A stretch of 55,147 nt of DNA, the filler included, from Basidiobolus ranarum (Eukaryota): the NCBI GenBank assembly GCA_040143965.1. It is 4 parts of 4 records of this genome, joined end to end, with 100 filler letters (N's around TTAATTAATTAA, not from the genome) between each part and the next. Parts side by side here need not be neighbours in the genome. Positions count along the whole stretch, not along the records: positions 41,447 to 55,147 come from JASJQH010000468.1; 3 more parts are not named here. One strand, 5' to 3'. Positions 50,191 through 55,147 of the stretch are shown here, in pieces (within the stretch, counting starts at the first letter, position 1; every line of letters begins with the position of its first letter). Both the position numbers and the translations under genes were made by a program. The notes under the pieces are model-generated. The model saw only the letters and a program-made list of their open reading frames with translations, was not told where the DNA came from and did no database searches.

Positions 50191-52104
50191 TACACCACCT
50201 TTATTTATTGCATATATTTCGTTCGCTCGTTCTTAAATATGAAGAACCCGGTAACAAAGACAAGCCATACTCCCATTGCAGAGATGATTGATCCTTTCAA
50301 TATTCTGATCAACCCATCTACTTTACTACCGTTGTACATACAGTTTTTGTTGCCAATGTTGGTCATGAAAATATACTTGCCACCTGACTAGACCTAACCC
50401 TAGTATTGACACTATGTATGCTACCAGAAATGCACTTAGATTAACTCTAATAAACTTTGACAACTAATGGGGTAAGTGGATATGAAATACAATACGGTGC
50501 TTGTACTGCATCAAGTAGGGCGATGCGCAATATCCTGAATATCCACCATCTTTTGCTGTGTATGAGACCACTTGTACTCGCACTCGCATTCACATTCACA
50601 CTCCGATTCCCGTTCCCTGTCACCCTGGATGCCGAAGCAAAAAAGGTTGAATGATTATCCTTTGAGACATACTTTGCTTTAAATCCATCTCGATCAAATA
50701 AAGCCAAATCAGAGAATGCTATGAAATGCTTTGCTTTAATTCTAGTTCGGAAGGTACATTCAATGGCACTACTAGTAGAGGAGTTCCATTCAATTCCACT
50801 GTGACTCTGCTAGTGTAATTTTAATTAGCAAAGCATTCCAGTTTCATTCCTCCTTAAACTATAGTGAAGGATTAATGCTTCACTTGATTTCGCGTCGTTA
50901 GTACACCCGTTGCATGAATTTAGATAAAAATCAAGTGGTGAATCTCTGTATGTCGTGTTGCCCAATCGATTCTAGTGATGAACTTGGTTGCGCTTAATTT
51001 GTTACCAGTAAAATGATTTATAATGCACATCTCCAAGAATGTAGGAGTCAGTTTCAAATGGGTGGTCCTTTGATTTCAAATCCATTGCTAAGATGAAACC
51101 GACACTATTCTGTTGTGTGTGTCAGTAACGCATCTACACCTTCGCCCACTCATCCATTCGCTCATTCGCTGGTTTATCCACTCATCTCATCGTTCCAAGA
51201 AATGCTTAATTTATCCTAGTTGAGCTTATTCTATGGGTTTTGATGGTTGCATAGATGGCTGGATTGAAGTAACGAAATCTTTCAATTGACGGGAACGATT
51301 TTCACTGCAATGACACTTTGTTTTGCATCCTGGATTGGATTCAGGGTGTGCATGTGCAGATGCGGATGTGGATACGATTGCGAATACGGATATTAGAAAA
51401 ACAAGCGCAATTGGGCTGATTCCTTACCATTTAGAGTATACGTGTTGAGGTCGTACTACTGTTATTAAATCATCCATTTTACATCGATCTGTGATAAGCA
51501 ATGCGATAGGCAATATGCAACATGCAGATGCCAATGCATAATGATGTTTTGTTCTGGTTCTTAGCAGATTCGTGGATTCCTGCTCCAAATCTACCGATTC
51601 TCGTGACAACATTGTCTTAGTGCCGCCTCTGTCATAATAGTGGCCTACATACGTTCAATGGGTGAACTACACACAGGTGTACAATGTTGCAGCAATTAAA
51701 TTTACAGGGAGGCTTGACTCATGGGGGAATTATTAGGGTTAGGCGAAATATAACCAAATAGGGAATACGTAATATACTCTTCTTCTGCCTTGATATCCCT
51801 TTCATTAACGGATGTTTGATTCCACTCCTGCTGAAATAATCATGGCTGATTTATCCAACTCTCATATTAACCCGGTAAAACTGACCAGGTGAAACTGTCC
51901 TTTATGCTGGTTTTATTGAGTAGTCAAGGTGGGGTCGGTTGGCATAGAGATGGGTAAGGAACATAACATCTTCAGAATCAAATAATTAAATCTAACAAGG
52001 GGGCCGATTTGCTGTTAAGCAAAAGCAAAATTATATTGACAGGGTTTTGAATTAAATGTAAACGATTCGTAAATATAGGTGAACCAGCTAACAATAGAAG
52101 AGGA

Positions 52105-53222
52105 TTATGGCAAAGTGAAATCCCGTTGAATAATATGATTGATGGAAGGTAGTTGTGGTAATTGTGATTCGCATGGTGATTGAATGAGAGCTTGCTGTAG
52201 AGGTGGAAGGACTGGTAATGCTGCTATGTATGGTTGACTTCTTCTAGCTTTCTCTGAGTTGTGCAATGTTGCTTGATATTTCTCTTCCCCAGATACTTCT
52301 GATGAGATGTGAATGCTATTGAGATTCATTTGCATGTTGAAATTGGTGATTTCTGAGAATGATGGTAGCTGCCTGGAAGAGGTGCCGGATACTGTGGGCG
52401 ATATGTTGCGTTTGGGCCCTGAAGGGTATGGCGAAGGGCTCCTCGTGGCAGGCTCGCCGTCATCGATACGCTTGTGTTTAGACAGCTTCCATGATTGCCG
52501 TTTGTTTTGAAACCATATTTGAACTGCTCTAGGGCTCATTCGTAAATGACGAGCTAATTGATTACGTAACTCAGTAGAAGGAAAGAAAGTGTGTTGAAAT
52601 ACCAAATTCAATATACGCAATTGCTCAGGACTAGCTCGTTTCCGCTTAGCTTTCATTTCCATGTCGTCAGCAGATGAATCGTGGAAGCCATCTTGAAATA
52701 TTGTCTGCAAGATGTACTGTAGCTGAAGGTCAACTTCAGGAGCTTGGTAATCATGTCGGCGACTATGATAATCTTGATTATGTTGAGAGCTCAAACTTTC
52801 ATCTTCTAACACTTTATTGTATGCGTCGTTCTCCATATCGTTCTGGTAAGTTCTATTTACGGTAGGGCTTGGTCGCACAGTAGTTTGATCAGGATACTGC
52901 TCTCTGTTCTTACCAGAATCAGCGTATTCAGAAATGTTTGTTCTTTCCTCTGGCAAATAAACATAGGGGTCTTTTAAACTGCCACCCTTAAAATCTAAAG
53001 AAAAGTCCAGATTAGTATCAAGCGTGATGAGGCCAGTTGCAAGGCTGCCTACTTACCAACACAAGAATCTTGTTCTTTATAAGACTCTACAGAACGCGAT
53101 ACTCTATCGACATCTATTGCGAATGGGGATTCTAGTAAGTCAAAGCAAGAGTGAGGAGATATATTTTTCTTGTAAGGATATTTTGTACTCATTGAAAATT
53201 TAGGATATCTAAAAGAATTCAT
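52105..53222 (-). CDS. Homeobox transcription factor, paralog B (~351 aa, 2 exons)
   Basis: Exon 1 53057-53222 (MNSFRYPKF...DSCV, phase 1 GTAAGT) joins exon 2 52105-52994 in frame; KAKRKRASPEQLRILNLVFQHTFFPSTELRNQLARHLRMSPRAVQIWFQNKRQ. Confidence 0.92.
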
Positions 53223-53645
53223 GGTGCGGGTGCATCAGACTTTATACCTAAATAAATAATGGGAATACGCCATTTTACTAAGTATTTGATGCAGTAAGTG
53301 AGATGGATTTAATATATATTTATATATTGATTGGATATATACACCAAGTGATACCGACTCGATCACCGATTCGTGCAGTAGAAGTTAAATTTCCATTCCA
53401 ATAATGCATAGCGGGTAGGGATATCGAAAAACCCATGGAAACTATAGAAAGAGCGTGTGGAGCAGATATAAGGAGCTAGAAAAGACTCAAACAGCAAAGA
53501 GCTGGTGTTTAAGCCCAGACTCGAGCCTTGTTTTGATAATTGTGGATATGTACCTAGTTGTTGATCCAGATTCTATCGAAAACATAAGCCAATTAAGTGA
53601 ATGTCACTATACATACATGATCTAGTAAACACAGCTTAGTAATAG

Positions 53646-53691
53646 TAGGGTTAGGGTTAGCTAAGTGAACACATAATAGTGTTAGGGTTAG
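53646..53691 (+). repeat. Short TTAGGG-type motifs (TAGGGTTAGGGTTAG and GTTAGGGTTAG)
   Basis: Two clusters about 20 bp apart, each preceded by TAATAG(T). Confidence 0.6.
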
Positions 53692-54542
53692 CACAGCCAG
53701 GTGAAGAGTCAGAAACATCTAGCTGTGCTTTTTTCTTGCTACTTTCCTGTTCCAGTGGCAATTCCGGTTAGCGATGATTTCGCATAATATAATAATAATA
53801 ACATTTGGTGTAATGTTTGTTTAATAAGCAAGCGACAGGCGCTACGATACTTGCCAATTAATATCCGACGAAGTCAGCCAGGGTGGAGAAGATTGGTGTG
53901 GGAATAGGAGTGAATCTATAATAAAGACCGGCAATTGTGCATAATAGCAGCATGGATCGAGAAAGAAAGGGTATTCTCAATGCTACCATGTTTTGGTCAA
54001 TGCCACAATACAAGTATCCTATAATCAAGAGGCATAATTGCAATAGAGTGTTCGTCCAAATGGACATCATCATCGTTTACAATTATTGCACTTACAGATG
54101 ACTTTGAATTCCTGTTCAATTTATGATGTAATCTTTTTTACTTGTCGAGCTATTGCGAGGAGCAGAGCAAAGATAATCTTCTAACATTACAACTGATACC
54201 GACTATCCTTTAAGTGCAGTAGTTTCTACAACCACAAAAAACTACCGTATCGGTTTGAGAAAGCTCTGAAATGTTGATGTCACTGACCTGTAGCGGCCAC
54301 AAAGTAAGCTGTCCCAATTCCCAGGGTTTTGCTGAGAATGCCGTTAATATGCACTAGAGAAGCAGGGCCAACTAACCAATTGAAACCAGCAGAATTATTG
54401 TACTGATTACAGAAACAAATTAAGGAGCTGGATGCAAAGGTAGACACTGTGACTGGAATTGAGACTGGGATTGGCCGCGATATAATTTCCATTTTTGGAG
54501 GGTTATCACTTGCTTTTTAGAACCTCATCCTGACCGTTGTAG

Positions 54543-54564
54543 CCCTAACCCTAACCCTAACCCT
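54543..54564 (+). repeat. Interstitial telomere-like repeat (CCCTAA)3CCCT
   Basis: Read directly from the sequence. Confidence 0.8.
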
Positions 54565-54955
54565 CCCCTTACTGTTGCTTGACACCTAAACAAAATGAAT
54601 TGTCTCTGTTTAGAGATCTATCTTTCATACCGGTTCATTACCCACCAAGAGCCCTCAAGTTACATCCCAAGCAGATAGTATTCTTGATATTTAATCCAGA
54701 CTTCAATACCAAACACACATTGCTGAGCGTGAGATTTGGGTCTGCAGAACTTCAACACTCTTACTCTACCAGGTTTCTTATTTCATTTGGCTATTGAGAC
54801 TGTGTGCATGTTTGTTGGCATTTCTTCAGTCGGATTAGTAACTAAATGGTTCAACAAAGACAAGATGAGGTAACATAGCTTATACGCCTTCTTTGATGTT
54901 TTAGAGGTCCTGGAATAAATCACAATCTGAATTATTAACTTCTGGCAAAGGGTAA

Positions 54956-55147
54956 AGTAAATATAACATATGACCTACAGCATTAACTAGAAGAGAGTAA
55001 ATATAACAACATATGTACTACAGCATTAACTAGAAGAAAGTAAATATAACATATGACCTACAGCATTAACTAGAAGAGAGTAAATATAACAACATATGTA
55101 CTACAGCATTAACTAGAAGAAAGTAAATATAACATATGACCTACAGC
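54956..55147. repeat. Minisatellite of alternating 40- and 43-bp monomers (83-bp dimer), running off the window end
   Basis: A=AGTAAATATAACATATGACCTACAGCATTAACTAGAAGAG (54956-54995, 55039-55078, partial from 55122); B=AGTAAATATAACAACATATGTACTACAGCATTAACTAGAAGAA (54996-55038, 55079-55121). Confidence 0.95.

Noticed and set aside
50560-51395. Hexamer-like low-complexity tracts between the homeobox genes (CACTCG/CATTCA; GATGCG/GATGTG)
   Set aside because: Degenerate microsatellite-like sequence with no clear pairing or coding signal.
49249-53222. HD1/HD2 mating-type locus
   Set aside because: The genes are convergent rather than divergent, both are typical WFQNKR homeodomains and close paralogs, and there is no atypical HD1 partner.
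54956-55147. CRISPR-like array
   Set aside because: No unique spacers, eukaryotic context and no cas genes; it is a pure tandem repeat.

Overview
Eukaryotic, AT-rich, intron-dense fungal DNA. It looks like an early-diverging, non-Dikarya fungus (a Basidiobolus-like zoopagomycete is my best guess, by inference only). The window is four contigs joined by artificial 100-bp linkers (N44-TTAATTAATTAA-N44), so gene order across 13730, 27542 and 41347 is not biological evidence. Genes in order: 3' end of a PDR-type ABC transporter, VPS26, a 7-exon ~2,450-aa helical-repeat protein with tandem C1 zinc fingers, a diverged TOG-domain (XMAP215-like) gene cut by a gap, an hSSB1/NABP (SOSS-B)-like gene missed by the ORF track, NTE1, a sphingomyelin-synthase-family enzyme, DOHH/LIA1, a GPI-anchored hevein-domain protein, a piggyBac-like transposase relic, ERG7, an unknown PY-motif protein, two tandem ERV29/SURF4 paralogs, VPS11 (truncated), a Pho80/Pcl-type cyclin, a Sec7-PH Arf-GEF, a convergent pair of paralogous homeobox genes, short telomere-like motifs and a 40/43-bp dimeric minisatellite. 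The strongest candidate for new biology is the giant protein at 3201-11020: several colinear blocks resemble animal UNC79 as I recall it, suggesting a fungal counterpart of the NALCN channelosome scaffold. VPS11 also carries a clear AT-AC U12-type intron. All homology calls are by eye and from memory; no searches were run.
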